Below, in pieces: positions 1 through 10,107 of a stretch of DNA of 64,000 bases. This stretch comes from an archaeon. Lineage in GTDB: Archaea; Asgardarchaeota; Thorarchaeia; Thorarchaeales; Thorarchaeaceae. Numbering within the stretch: the stretch's first letter is position 1; every line of letters starts with the position of its first letter. Location: NCBI GenBank assembly GCA_024276825.1, contig JAJRWI010000004.1:13723-77722 (forward strand). The letters run 5' to 3'. The translations under genes and the position numbers were made by a program. Below the pieces are notes generated by a model. That model saw only the letters and a list, made by a program, of their open reading frames with translations. It was not told the origin of the DNA and did no database searches.

Positions 1-2
1 GT

Positions 3-791
3 ATTGAAGAGATTAATGAGAATATAATCTGCGAGAAGTTTGAATGGTTTGCAAAACAACCATGGTGCAGGGGGATCATGCTATGGGGAAGTAGGGCCAC
101 AGGTTTTGGTGCATCTGATAGTGATTGGGATGCCCTCATATATGTGACCGACGAATATTTTGACTCACTCAAGCTCGAAGAAACATTATTGCTTGAATAC
201 GACGAGTCGGTTGAGCCAAAGCGACTGGTGATTGACTTCTCACCAATTTCAGACAAGTGGTTTAAGATTCAGATCAATTCACCATTGGACATCGATCACT
301 TCGCATATGCTGAAGGTGTTACCATTTACGATCCAACAGGAGAGTTGGAGGAGTGGCGACAACGACTGGCCAGATATCCCGAGGAGGAGCATACTGACAG
401 GTTGAAGAACAAGTACTTGCTTATGATTAGATCGTTTGGCTATGCTATGATTGACTACAGACGTGAATTCGAATTGGACTCGAGAATCAACCTATACAGG
501 TCTGTTGTTGCTGCGGTGAATCTCTGGTTCACTATCAAGAGATCGTGGACTCCTCCATTAAAGTGGTGGAGCAAGCACGCTAGAGAAATGGGGATGACTG
601 ATGAAACATATGAAATTTTTAGGAGTGCCCTTGTTGATACCAATTTAGAGAGTGTCAAATCGCTGATATCTCATCTCAAGCAGATGATATTAGATGAGGG
701 ATTTGAGTTTCCAAATGACACACTAATTGCATTTCTTGAAACAATCCACCCCAATGGCCGTGCCATGCAAATCAAACATTCGTATCTGTAA
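3..791 (+). CDS. Polymerase-beta superfamily nucleotidyltransferase (MNT/DUF4037-like), 5'-truncated by the window edge
   Basis: GS..G....SDWD motif (LWGSRATGFGASDSDWD) followed by a helical C-terminal domain. The frame is open from position 3 (IEEINENII...), upstream of the ATG at 78. Confidence 0.75.
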   Translation: MEEINENIICEKFEWFAKQPWCRGIMLWGSRATGFGASDSDWDALIYVTDEYFDSLKLEETLLLEYDESVEPKRLVIDFSPISDKWFKIQINSPLDIDHFAYAEGVTIYDPTGELEEWRQRLARYPEEEHTDRLKNKYLLMIRSFGYAMIDYRREFELDSRINLYRSVVAAVNLWFTIKRSWTPPLKWWSKHAREMGMTDETYEIFRSALVDTNLESVKSLISHLKQMILDEGFEFPNDTLIAFLETIHPNGRAMQIKHSYL

Positions 792-930
792 AGTTCATCT
801 TAGTCGATTGTGACTTCCACCAATCCTACGCCTATTTCACACTGTGACTGATTTAACTCTCACACTCCATATTGGTATGTCTTTGCAATATTATTCACTA
901 CAATCACTGTGGGCCGACCTCATCAATCTC

Positions 931-1917
931 CTATTCACGATTTCTATAGTATGGTGACATTCTCAGTAAGCGTCTTCTTGCTATTGGCCTGAATAATCGT
1001 ATAATATGACGCTTAAATCCAAGGGCTTCCCGTAATTCGTTCAGATAATCATCAAATGTGTGCTTCTGGAAATTCAGCAATTTCTGAGCCTCCAGCGTTT
1101 CCATGAAATCAGTATGAAACCAGTCCTCGTCGCGAACGGGTGTTAGAAATGCACTGTCAGGCAACATGCCAATGCCCGCGGTTTCAAGCATCCGCGACAC
1201 AAAATCCCGATACTTCATTCTGCATTGTTCTCCACCACCGAGTAGCAATATTTTTCCCTCAGTGGGAGCAACGACCACGTTTCGAAGGGCAAGTCCGAGA
1301 TCTCTTGTGTGAATGAATTCCAGTCGCTGTTCTAGAGGAATATTAAACATCATGGAACTCATTTCCTGTTGCAGCCATCGCTCGCCCAAAGGAGGTACTA
1401 CACCAAATCTCAGAATTGTCCATGGCAAGCCACTCTCCCTCACTTGGCGCTCGCACTCAATCTTTGTCTTTGTGTAGTTATCAGTCACGACTTGAGGATC
1501 ATTGGCAGTTTTTGGTGGGCCATTCCCCTTGTTATGGCCATAGGTGGCAATGGAACTGGCATAGACAAACTTTGGGTTCAGACCTGTTTTCTTACTCTCC
1601 TCTAGTAATGACTTTGTGCCCTCAACATTTACTGCCCATGCTAGGTCTGGCTTACTCTCGGACAGAGGAGGAATAATTGCGGCCAAATGGATTATGCAAT
1701 CGATGTCTTGGACTATCTCATGGACAATGTCCCTGTTTCTAATGTCCCCCCATACAATCTCGAACTTGCCCCTCTTAGAGAGTTCTCTTGCGACTTTGTC
1801 CGTCATGGGGTTTTTAATATCAAAGCATCGTAACTGATGCTCGCTTCCCAGAAACGATATTACCGCACTCTCACCCACATTTCCAAATGCGCCGGTCAAT
1901 AGAACTCTCATGTTCAA
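931..1917 (-). CDS. NAD-dependent epimerase/dehydratase (extended SDR)
   Basis: TGAFGNVG Rossmann motif, HLAA, VNVEGT, YxxxK (YTKTK). Confidence 0.9.
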   Translation of the reverse strand: MNMRVLLTGAFGNVGESAVISFLGSEHQLRCFDIKNPMTDKVARELSKRGKFEIVWGDIRNRDIVHEIVQDIDCIIHLAAIIPPLSESKPDLAWAVNVEGTKSLLEESKKTGLNPKFVYASSIATYGHNKGNGPPKTANDPQVVTDNYTKTKIECERQVRESGLPWTILRFGVVPPLGERWLQQEMSSMMFNIPLEQRLEFIHTRDLGLALRNVVVAPTEGKILLLGGGEQCRMKYRDFVSRMLETAGIGMLPDSAFLTPVRDEDWFHTDFMETLEAQKLLNFQKHTFDDYLNELREALGFKRHIIRLFRPIARRRLLRMSPYYRNRE

Positions 1918-1942
1918 TTTTAAAAAACCATGGATATATAAT

Positions 1943-2005
1943 TATTTCGCAAACGAAATATTCAATAACGAAAATTTCGAAACAGAAACATATCTATTCG
2001 ATAGA
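1943..2005. promoter_or_regulatory. Putative MarR operator array in the divergent promoter
   Basis: Inverted repeat TATTTCG-CAAA-CGAAATA (1943-1960). TTC-N6-GAA occurs three times at 15-bp period (1946, 1961, 1976). Palindrome TCTAT-TCG-ATAGA at 1993-2005. Confidence 0.55.
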
Positions 2006-2042
2006 CCTATATTCCACAATTATTCTGAATAACTGGCTCAAA

Positions 2043-2465
2043 ATGAAGACCAGGCAAGAACTCACCTACGAACTAATCGAGTCGTTAAGACGTCTGAGCA
2101 AGGTGAAGTGGTTTCTAGGCTCCTCAAAACTCACTCTTGAGGAGTTCATGGTTCTCGACCTTATCTACGAGTCTGAGAATTGTTCTATGAAAGACATCAC
2201 GACTACTTTCTCAATGCCCCCAAGTACTGCCACAGGCCTTGTGGATCGACTTGTTGAAAGAAAGTATGTCACACGTAGCAAGTCCAAAGATGACAGAAGA
2301 CGAATTCTCATCAAGATGACTACAAAGGGCAAGAGGGTATATACAACTTTCAAGTCTGAAGCACTGGCTCAACTGGAAGAATCATTGAGTCATTTGTCTA
2401 ATAACGAGATTGCAACTCTTCTTAAACTAATAAACAAGTTGATTGATGGACTTCACGAATCGTAA
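2043..2465 (+). CDS. MarR family transcriptional regulator
   Basis: PSTATGLVDRLVERKYVTR..DDRRR..I.MT.KG winged-helix signature. Start placed at ATG 2043. Confidence 0.92.
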   Translation: MKTRQELTYELIESLRRLSKVKWFLGSSKLTLEEFMVLDLIYESENCSMKDITTTFSMPPSTATGLVDRLVERKYVTRSKSKDDRRRILIKMTTKGKRVYTTFKSEALAQLEESLSHLSNNEIATLLKLINKLIDGLHES

Positions 2466-2550
2466 GGATTCGATTTTCCTCTCATGATCATCACAGCTCA
2501 ACCAGCCCTCTCTCATAATTTCACAACCCGTTAATCCAAATAGCAAAACC

Positions 2551-2570
2551 TTTAGAACACGTGTTCTAAA
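2551..2570. repeat. Perfect 20-bp palindrome TTTAGAACACGTGTTCTAAA
   Basis: Directly visible in the intergenic region between marR and the ORF at 2700. Confidence 0.85.
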
Positions 2571-2699
2571 TCCATTTATTAGTCTTGGTCCAATGACCAT
2601 CATTCATACTTTCCAATGGATTGAATAATGAGTCAAATTGCATCGTCCAAAATTGTTTTGAATGAATGTTTAACCGCAAAGAGTGTTTATTTCTGGTAG

Positions 2700-3173
2700 A
2701 TGAGCAGGATGGTACTGGAACGACCTCAAAACGCGAAGCAACTTGAAGACTTTGTTGAGAAAGCGATTAATGAGTACAAGCTCAGCTCCATTAGAGAGAT
2801 GAGCGAGATCGCAAATGTCAGTAATGATACTATTGTTGAAGTGATTCAGAAGCTTATCACTGAGAACCGGATTGATGGACGCATAGACCTTGAGGATGAA
2901 CGGTTCTTCAGCAGCAGGATTGATGTCTCTACTGCTCCAACAGTCAAGAGCTCAACAGAAGCAAGGATAGTCCAGCCAGATAATAAATATGGGAAATATG
3001 CGATATTGTCCGGTGCTGCCATCATCATTGTCGACGAGCTTATCCCAATATTTACTATCAACTCGATCTCCATGGCAGATGTCAAGGGGATCCTATTATT
3101 GATGGGTTTGGGCCTAATTATTGGAGGTCTATATTATACCAGCCAGAGAGGCACAGAGATAGTCACTGAGTGA
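2700..3173 (+). CDS. Winged-helix (PCI-like) domain protein with C-terminal transmembrane segments
   Basis: SIREMSEIANVS..TIVEVIQKLITENRIDGRID resembles a PCI winged helix. Hydrophobic C-terminus (GILLLMGLGLIIGGLYY). Confidence 0.55.
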   Translation: MSRMVLERPQNAKQLEDFVEKAINEYKLSSIREMSEIANVSNDTIVEVIQKLITENRIDGRIDLEDERFFSSRIDVSTAPTVKSSTEARIVQPDNKYGKYAILSGAAIIIVDELIPIFTINSISMADVKGILLLMGLGLIIGGLYYTSQRGTEIVTE

Positions 3174-3359
3174 ATGCTAAATGACCAGTGATTGGCATGT
3201 CCCTGAAGATAGACCTCGTACTCACAAGAAGTATCGCTAACAGGCAATTGGCAACTGACTTACGACAGTTGCTGTGATCTGAACAATGTTAAATCACTTT
3301 CGTTGGATCTTCTCATGTTGAAAGTTCAAATGAAAATGTATTTCTTATGCAGTTCGTAA

Positions 3360-4226
3360 TTGTTCGCTATGCCTACTCCGTTTATGCGTAATGGCAAGTA
3401 TCTAGTAGCAAAAGCCACTTTGGATCCAGGAAAGAGCCTGAAAGCAGTCATTACTACAGCCATTGATGCTATTGGCGGAATTGATAGGGTGATTCAACCC
3501 GGGGACAGGGTGACCATAAAGCCCAATTTAAACACCTCAGATCCTTACCCTGCATCTAGCGATCCCGCCTTTATTCAGGCTATTGGTGAATTAGCCCTCG
3601 AAGCAGGGGCTGCAAAGATCGAGATTATAGAAGACTCGATGTTTCGGCTCTCTACTCGCGAGGTGGCACAAACTGTTGGTATTGAAGAGGTTGCACACAA
3701 ACTCGATGCTGACCTGATATTTCTTGATGAACATGAGTGGGTGAAGGTTTCTTTTCCACGTGGAAAATATCTCAAGAGTGGTTCAATTGGAAAGCCCGTT
3801 TTGAATATTGAAAAGCTAATTCTTGCCCCATGTTTAAAGACACACTTTCTTGCTCGCTATACAGGGAGCATGAAGCTATTTGTGGGTTGGTTGAAACGAA
3901 AAGAACGCCTTCGGATGCATCTTAGAAACCTTGAACATAAAATACCTGATCTTGCATCCTTCTTTTCACCAGACCTGATAGTCATGGATGCTCGCACTTG
4001 TTTCATCGAAGGTGGACCTGCAACAGGTACTTGTTCTTATCCCGGGTTGATTTTGGCGAGTGGAGATATGGTTTCAATTGATGTTGAAGGTGTGCGAATT
4101 ATTCAGTGCTGCAACGGTAAGAACAAGCTTAATCTTGATGTCTGGGAAATCCCGCAGATAAAGAGAGCTGTCGAGATTGGCATTGGTGCAAAGAGTGATG
4201 AAGACATTATTGTCATAGAAATCTAA
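3360..4226 (+). CDS. DUF362 domain protein
   Basis: GDRVTIKPN, P.LKTH...YTGSMK..VG, DLIVMDA...EGGP, D.VSID motifs. Confidence 0.85.
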   Translation: MFAMPTPFMRNGKYLVAKATLDPGKSLKAVITTAIDAIGGIDRVIQPGDRVTIKPNLNTSDPYPASSDPAFIQAIGELALEAGAAKIEIIEDSMFRLSTREVAQTVGIEEVAHKLDADLIFLDEHEWVKVSFPRGKYLKSGSIGKPVLNIEKLILAPCLKTHFLARYTGSMKLFVGWLKRKERLRMHLRNLEHKIPDLASFFSPDLIVMDARTCFIEGGPATGTCSYPGLILASGDMVSIDVEGVRIIQCCNGKNKLNLDVWEIPQIKRAVEIGIGAKSDEDIIVIEI

Positions 4227-4293
4227 TTGATTGGAATTCAATTCGAAATGCACCCCGGTAAATCATTATGCGAGACTCAATTATGTAGTCACT

Positions 4294-7200
4294 CTAAGTC
4301 CGTTGAATTGCTCCAAAAATCTCCCCCTTTGCCCTTTTTATTGCGGCCTTGATCTCAGGGTCCTCTCGCAGCTCTGCCCATTTGTAGATTGCACCAACAA
4401 TCTCCATGGGATTGTATAACTCAGTAATAGCTGCTAGTATCTTATCCTTAACGCTCAGCACAGCTGCTCTGATTATTGGGTCATTTTCCAATACCCTCCA
4501 TCCGCCAACAGCATCTAGAATTATCCATGGCTCATTGTCACTTTTAATGGCTATTGCAATAGTTTTGTTGCTATTTTGAATCGATGATATTATCAGTGTG
4601 TCATGCATTATGTTTTCCCACTTTCGAATGGCACTTATTATTCTCCAAGAGGCGGAGTTTTGCTCAATGGCCTTTGCTATTGCCTGTCGTATTTGTGGGT
4701 CGCTAGTTAATTCACTCCAGCCACTGATATTATCAATTATTGTCCATGGTGCCTCATCATGTTCTATGGCCTCAGCTATTCTTCTTTCGACACTTTCAAT
4801 TGATTCCAGTATCATTGGGTTATTCCTAAGTTCACTCCATTTCCGTATCTCATGAATCATCATCCAGGGTGTTTCACCATGTTCAATGGTCCTAGTGATT
4901 GCTGCTATTACATTAGGGTCACTTCTCAGATCTGCCCATTTACTTATCTCTCTAATTAATAGCCATGGCATTTCATGTTGTTCAAGAATCCTTGCTATCA
5001 TTGCTTTAATTTCTGAGTCGTTTCTAAAATCATCCCATTCACAGACTTCACGTACTGTTCTCAAGTTTTTGATTGACTCTGTTATTGCTTGTCTAATATG
5101 AGGGTCGCTCCTAAGATGGTCCCATTTACAGACCTCACGAATTATCCACCATGGTTCGAAATCCAGTTTAATTGCATTAGCTAATGCCCTCGTAATTCTG
5201 GAATCATTTCGAAGCTCATCACGCTGCAAAATCACGCGGGTAATTCTCCAAGTCTCATGACCCGTTTCTAAGGTGCTTATTATCTTCCCTTTTACTCGTT
5301 CAACTGCAGCGCATATTTCAGGATCATCTCTTAGTCCCTCATTACTTAAGATGAAACTAATAACACTCCATGGTCTTTCATGCTGTTCAATACTATTCCT
5401 GAATAATTGGTGCCACTCCGTAGAGAATTGACGCCCCAACATCTCATCAATCATCACGGTTGTGCCTAAAAGTCCTCGGAAAAGATTCTCATATCTTGAT
5501 ATTGCTATATTGAAATAATTGATATAATCCATAATAGTTGATGGGATTATATGACTTGCATAATACTTCTCTATATTAATCACTATTAAGTTATAGATGG
5601 TATTTTCTAGGAGATCTGGGGCATTATTTCTGCACCACTCAAGAAGTGATAATATGAGTGTTTCATTAATTGTAATCGGTTGGTCCGCGATCGTATCTGA
5701 TGGTAGAAAGAAAACACTACTCTCATCTTTTGGTGTATGTCTCCAGAACTCCTCGGCCAATGTTCTATGGGGCAATTGAACCAGATCCAAGTCTTGCATA
5801 TTTACAATGATTAGCTCTCCCCATTCAACTAGCTTGGATATTATCATCTCTAAGTCAAACTTTAGGTTTCCCCTGAGCCTTTTCCTTACAGCTGTTATGT
5901 CCTCAGTAGACTCAATTAGATAATCTATTGGAACTGGCATATCATGCGCATTGAAGAAAGAAATGGTTGAAACTAATGCCTTGAATAGCCTTTCCTTTTT
6001 TGATCTATTCACAGTGAATGGTGTGTCAAACACATGTTTATGAATCCGATACAACAGCGAATGAGTCGAATCAAGGTCATAATAATACTTGCGAATTTCA
6101 TCCCCAATATCAAGTTCATCTATGTCCTGACCCGCTCTAAGCGAATTGAGGGCAAATGAAAGAAGCCATAGACTACCACGGGACTTCTCAGATATTTTTC
6201 TGACCAATGTTGAATCAATGTCTATCTTCTCTTTGAATTGGCTTATGATTCCCTCAATTGTTCTATCAAATTCCTCCTGTTGAAGCTTTGTTGTTGGAAG
6301 AAGTTTAGATGGCTGCTCATCATATGACTCTGCAATCCTTCTCTGCAAATCCATTACTGACCTGTCAAAATCATTATAGAGTGGACGTGCTAAAAATAGG
6401 AAATTAATGGCCCTATGAATGCTTTCTTTATTATGCTTTGAAGTCCTGTATCTTGAAAAGATCTCATTAGATACATCTACATTCACATGAATATTGTCTA
6501 TTATGAACAGCACTCTCTCTGGTAAAACCTTCTCGCCCAGCGATTGAACTGCTGAAACATTGTATAATGAGTTGATGGTTCCGAGAATCCGTTCAATATC
6601 CTCTATTATTTTATCTGCGATTTCTGCTCCAGTCTTGGACTCGAGATTCAGATAGTAAGTGAAATGTCCCCATTCACTGATCCGCTTAAACCCCAGGATA
6701 AAGCTAAGAGTAGTCTTGCCCGCGCCTGACTTTGCTACTATCAGCTGCATATTGGAGGTGTTTTCAAAATTGTGTTCAATGCTTTCAATCAGGTCGTTTC
6801 GTTCATAAAAATATTCTTCAATGAGATCCAGCCAACTTATGTGCGGCTTTCTGAAAAACATTGGCTTCGGCCGATGGCCCCCATATAGTTTCCATTCTTC
6901 AATGTCATTCAACACATCCTCAAAGAAAAGAACACTTTGCAACGAACGAAAGTATGTTGACCTGATTGGAGGAATCAATGTTTGTGATATATATTGTTGA
7001 ACGGTATTGATGTTCTCATGTACGGTGAACAGCAACTCCAGAATACTGGAGTCTGATGCCTGAACAGCTACGACTCTTGCAAGTCTAAGTCTTAGATGCA
7101 TGGCAATGGCTTGAGAAGTCTGTTGGTCAAATCCAGCACCTGTCAATATTGCTGAGATAATCTCAATAAATGACCTGTTGTTTTTTATGCTCTCAAATAC

Positions 7201-7506
7201 AAGGTCCTTCTCTTTGTGAATATGGTCTACAAGGCCATCAAGAACCTTCTTTTGCTTCCTGTCCAGTGTCCTGTAAATCTCTAGCTCCTTGATACTCTTT
7301 CTTATGCTCTTTCTTATTGCTCTTTGACAGTTCTTATTCCATAGCCACTCAAGAACCTTTACTACCGAGTCACCTGCCAGTTGCGAAAATGCTGATGATG
7401 CAAAATTGCCCGCCACATTCAACAGTGTTTTTATACTCTCTGAACTTGTAAGAATAAGAGCAATTCTTGAAAGGATACTCGGCGCGTCATTGGCATCGTC
7501 TGACAT
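4294..7506 (-). CDS. Large STAND/NACHT-like P-loop NTPase with C-terminal helical repeats
   Basis: Walker A AKSGAGKTT, Walker B VLFIIDNIH, GxL (SRGSLWLL) motif, winged-helix LPH motif, and about 10 C-terminal repeats. Confidence 0.7.
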   Translation of the reverse strand: MSDDANDAPSILSRIALILTSSESIKTLLNVAGNFASSAFSQLAGDSVVKVLEWLWNKNCQRAIRKSIRKSIKELEIYRTLDRKQKKVLDGLVDHIHKEKDLVFESIKNNRSFIEIISAILTGAGFDQQTSQAIAMHLRLRLARVVAVQASDSSILELLFTVHENINTVQQYISQTLIPPIRSTYFRSLQSVLFFEDVLNDIEEWKLYGGHRPKPMFFRKPHISWLDLIEEYFYERNDLIESIEHNFENTSNMQLIVAKSGAGKTTLSFILGFKRISEWGHFTYYLNLESKTGAEIADKIIEDIERILGTINSLYNVSAVQSLGEKVLPERVLFIIDNIHVNVDVSNEIFSRYRTSKHNKESIHRAINFLFLARPLYNDFDRSVMDLQRRIAESYDEQPSKLLPTTKLQQEEFDRTIEGIISQFKEKIDIDSTLVRKISEKSRGSLWLLSFALNSLRAGQDIDELDIGDEIRKYYYDLDSTHSLLYRIHKHVFDTPFTVNRSKKERLFKALVSTISFFNAHDMPVPIDYLIESTEDITAVRKRLRGNLKFDLEMIISKLVEWGELIIVNMQDLDLVQLPHRTLAEEFWRHTPKDESSVFFLPSDTIADQPITINETLILSLLEWCRNNAPDLLENTIYNLIVINIEKYYASHIIPSTIMDYINYFNIAISRYENLFRGLLGTTVMIDEMLGRQFSTEWHQLFRNSIEQHERPWSVISFILSNEGLRDDPEICAAVERVKGKIISTLETGHETWRITRVILQRDELRNDSRITRALANAIKLDFEPWWIIREVCKWDHLRSDPHIRQAITESIKNLRTVREVCEWDDFRNDSEIKAMIARILEQHEMPWLLIREISKWADLRSDPNVIAAITRTIEHGETPWMMIHEIRKWSELRNNPMILESIESVERRIAEAIEHDEAPWTIIDNISGWSELTSDPQIRQAIAKAIEQNSASWRIISAIRKWENIMHDTLIISSIQNSNKTIAIAIKSDNEPWIILDAVGGWRVLENDPIIRAAVLSVKDKILAAITELYNPMEIVGAIYKWAELREDPEIKAAIKRAKGEIFGAIQRT
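4297..5373 (-). repeat. Intragenic protein repeat, about 10 copies of roughly 30-40 aa, consensus PWxhIxxIxxWxxLRxDPxIxxAIxxxIE
   Basis: PWWIIREVCKWDHLRSDPHIRQAI, PWLLIREISKWADLRSDPNVIAAI, PWTIIDNISGWSELTSDPQIRQAI and similar units. Confidence 0.85.
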
Positions 7507-7912
7507 TGTGGACTCTCCATATATGCAAGGTTTCTAAACAGAGAATAGAATTTGAATCTTGTTTATCTAGAAACCATTGTGATGACTTTCTCGAATCTGG
7601 CATTATGAAACAAATAGTGCACTATTGAAGAGTGGTACTACAAATCATTATGATATGAATATGGTCATCTGCATATTTCGATCTTTGAAGATTATTGTTC
7701 ATCGTTACAGTTATATTTGCTTTTAGTAGTAAAGACTTGACCACCAATCGAAGGCAGGTATGAAAACTCACAAAGGACAAGACAAAGACATGTGGTATGA
7801 AAATCAGCAGCCTGAGAATCGCTGCAGTTGATATTACGTGTCCTATTCTACATGGTTTTTAATGCCTAGAGGAGACTAGGTGGTATGCCCGCAATAAGGA
7901 GTGTGATAAAAA

Positions 7913-9958
7913 ATGAAGACCTATCCTACTGACAGACCTGTTCTTGTGACATGTGGATTGCCTTATGCAAGTGGAACCATGCACATTGGTCATCTTCGCA
8001 CTTATGTGCCAGCTGATGTTTTTGTCAGACTCCTCAGAAAAATGCGGGTGGATGTGACCTTTGTGTGCGGATCGGACACCCATGGTACTCCAGTTGTGAC
8101 CGCCGCTGAAAAGGAAGGTGTCACTCCAAAGGAGTTGTACTCAAAGTACCACCAGCATTATCTCGAGATGTTTCCAAAGATAAACATAATCTTCGACAAC
8201 TATGGCACAACTGATGACCCCGAGAATATTGAACGGACAACTCAGATTGTAAATGAGTTGAAGAAGAATGGATACATCTATCCAAAGGATTTAGAAACCC
8301 CATATTGTGACAAGTGCTGACGGTCTCTTCCTGATAGATATGTACGAGGTGAATGCCCTTACTGTGGTGCTGATGCACGTGGCGACGAATGTGATCAGGG
8401 ATGCGGCAGGTATCTCGAGCCCGGTGAGATTCTTAATCCACGATGTGCCATTTGTGGGTCTCCAACAAGGCCAGTCACGCGTACTCATTACTATTTCAAA
8501 CTGACAGCATTTGAGGAATTCCTGAATGAATATCTAAAAAATGTCGATGGTACCAAGAACGCAAGAAACTACGCGTTGGGCTGGGTAAAGGAAGGTCTTA
8601 AGGACTGGTGTATCACACGAGACCTTGATTGGGGCATCAAGTTCCCAGGAGATGAGGATCTGACCCTATATGTTTGGGTCGATGCTCCAATTCATTACAT
8701 GTCAAGTACTGAGCAATGGGCCAAGAAGACGGGTAATCCTAATGCTTGGGAGAAGTTCTGGAAACCCGGCGATGGTATTATCGTTCATTACATTGGTCAA
8801 GACATTGTATATCACCATTGCATATTCTGGCCATCTATGTTAAAGGGAAGTGGATATAATCTCCCATACGCAATAGTTGCATCGGGCATGGTCAAGGTTG
8901 AAGGACATAATTTCAGTAGAAGTAGGGGATATGTTGTCTGGATAGAAGACGACTATCTTGCCAAAGGAATGGACCCAGACTATCTACGATACTATATGGT
9001 GAGTGCGACCAGTCAGACCAAAGATCTTGACTTCTCATGGGAGACCTTGAAGGACAAGGTGAACAATGAATTGGTAGCAACTCTTGGTAATTTTATCTAT
9101 AGGGCTCTTCATTTCACAAGGAAGAAGTTTGGAGTCATACCCGATGGTGTTCTTGATGCGAAGTTGAAGGATGAGATTCAAAAGACGGTTTCCACAGTAA
9201 TAGATGCAGTCAATGAATATGAACTCAAGAAGGTCAGTGACACAATACTTCACCTTGCCACAATTGGAAACGAGTACTTCCAAGAAAACAGGCCTTGGGA
9301 ACTAATACACACTGACAAGGAGCAATGCGGTCGCGTTCTGTTTAATGCGCTGAGTCTAGTAAAAGCCCTTGCAATCTTGATTGAACCCATAATGCCCTCG
9401 GTTGCTGAGAAGGTCTGGGGTCAGATTGGATACTCATCAAGTGAAATCCATTCAACTACTTTTGATGAAATTCTCTGTCCTCTTGAATCTGGAAGGGAAC
9501 TCCCCTCCCCAGTGCCAATAATCACAAAACTGGAAGATGACGTGCTAGAGTCCCTGAAAGATGTCCTAACAACAAGGATTAAAGCGGCAGAGGCTTCAGA
9601 GCGAGGTGAATCATCGGAGGAAAAAACCGTGGCAGTGTCTTTTGAAGAGTTCAAAAAGCTTGATTTGAGAGCAGGCAAGATTATCGAATGCGAGAAGGTA
9701 CCAAGAACCAAGAAGTTGCTAAAGCTCACTGTTGATATCGGCGACGAAGTCAGGACAATTGTCACAGGCCTTGCTGATCAATATGAACCGGAGGACCTGA
9801 AAGGAATCACAGCTCTGTTCTTGGTGAACCTCGAGCCAAAGAAATTTGCTGGGATTGAGAGCAAGGGGATGATTCTTGCTGTTGAGAAGGCCGATGAGCC
9901 CGGTCGTTGGATTCCAGTGAAGGTGGATGGCGTTCCGCCGGGAAGTAAGGCTGCATAA
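7913..9958 (+). CDS. metG: Methionyl-tRNA synthetase with C-terminal tRNA-binding OB domain, interrupted by an in-frame TGA at 8318-8320
   Basis: LPYA, HIGH, GSDTHG, Zn knuckles, YVWVDA, HYIGQDI, a KMSKS-equivalent FSRSRG and a C-terminal Trbp111-like domain. Track ORFs 7913-8320 and 8576-9958 share a frame, and the gap translates as [16 protein letters not shown]...HYYFKL. Confidence 0.93.
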
Positions 9959-9970
9959 GGGAGACTAGCC

Positions 9971-10009
9971 GGGAGCATCCTTAGCATGATGCCCCCTGTT
10001 TTTTCTTTT
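9971..10009 (+). terminator. Hairpin plus T-tract after metG
   Basis: GGGAGCATC-N8-GATGCCCCC followed by TGTTTTTTCTTTT. Confidence 0.6.
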
Positions 10010-10107
10010 CCAATCTTGATGTATGTGGTCTGATCTTCTGATGCCATAATCGATACATGATATGATTTTATGCACCTTGTTGTAACTCAGCATAACATTC
10101 TCAGGAC

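Noticed and set aside
1887-2042. N-terminal extensions in the track for marR, hsp20, roadblock 45147, thiB and SPFH
   Set aside because: They overlap promoters or neighbouring genes. Downstream starts with RBS or TATA context fit family lengths better.
7528-7810. Inverted and short direct repeats between the STAND gene and metG as mobile-element ends
   Set aside because: Short and imperfect, with no matching copy found at the other end of the STAND gene and no recombinase nearby.
8318-8320. Genome-wide TGA reassignment
   Set aside because: TGA ends many genes here at their expected C-termini (e.g. thiB, top6B, cdc48), and no other conserved gene shows internal TGA.
7913-9958. Split metG as two genes, or a frameshift
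   Set aside because: Both track ORFs are in the same frame and the intervening 85 codons encode the conserved zinc-knuckle region. Only one stop codon interrupts the gene.
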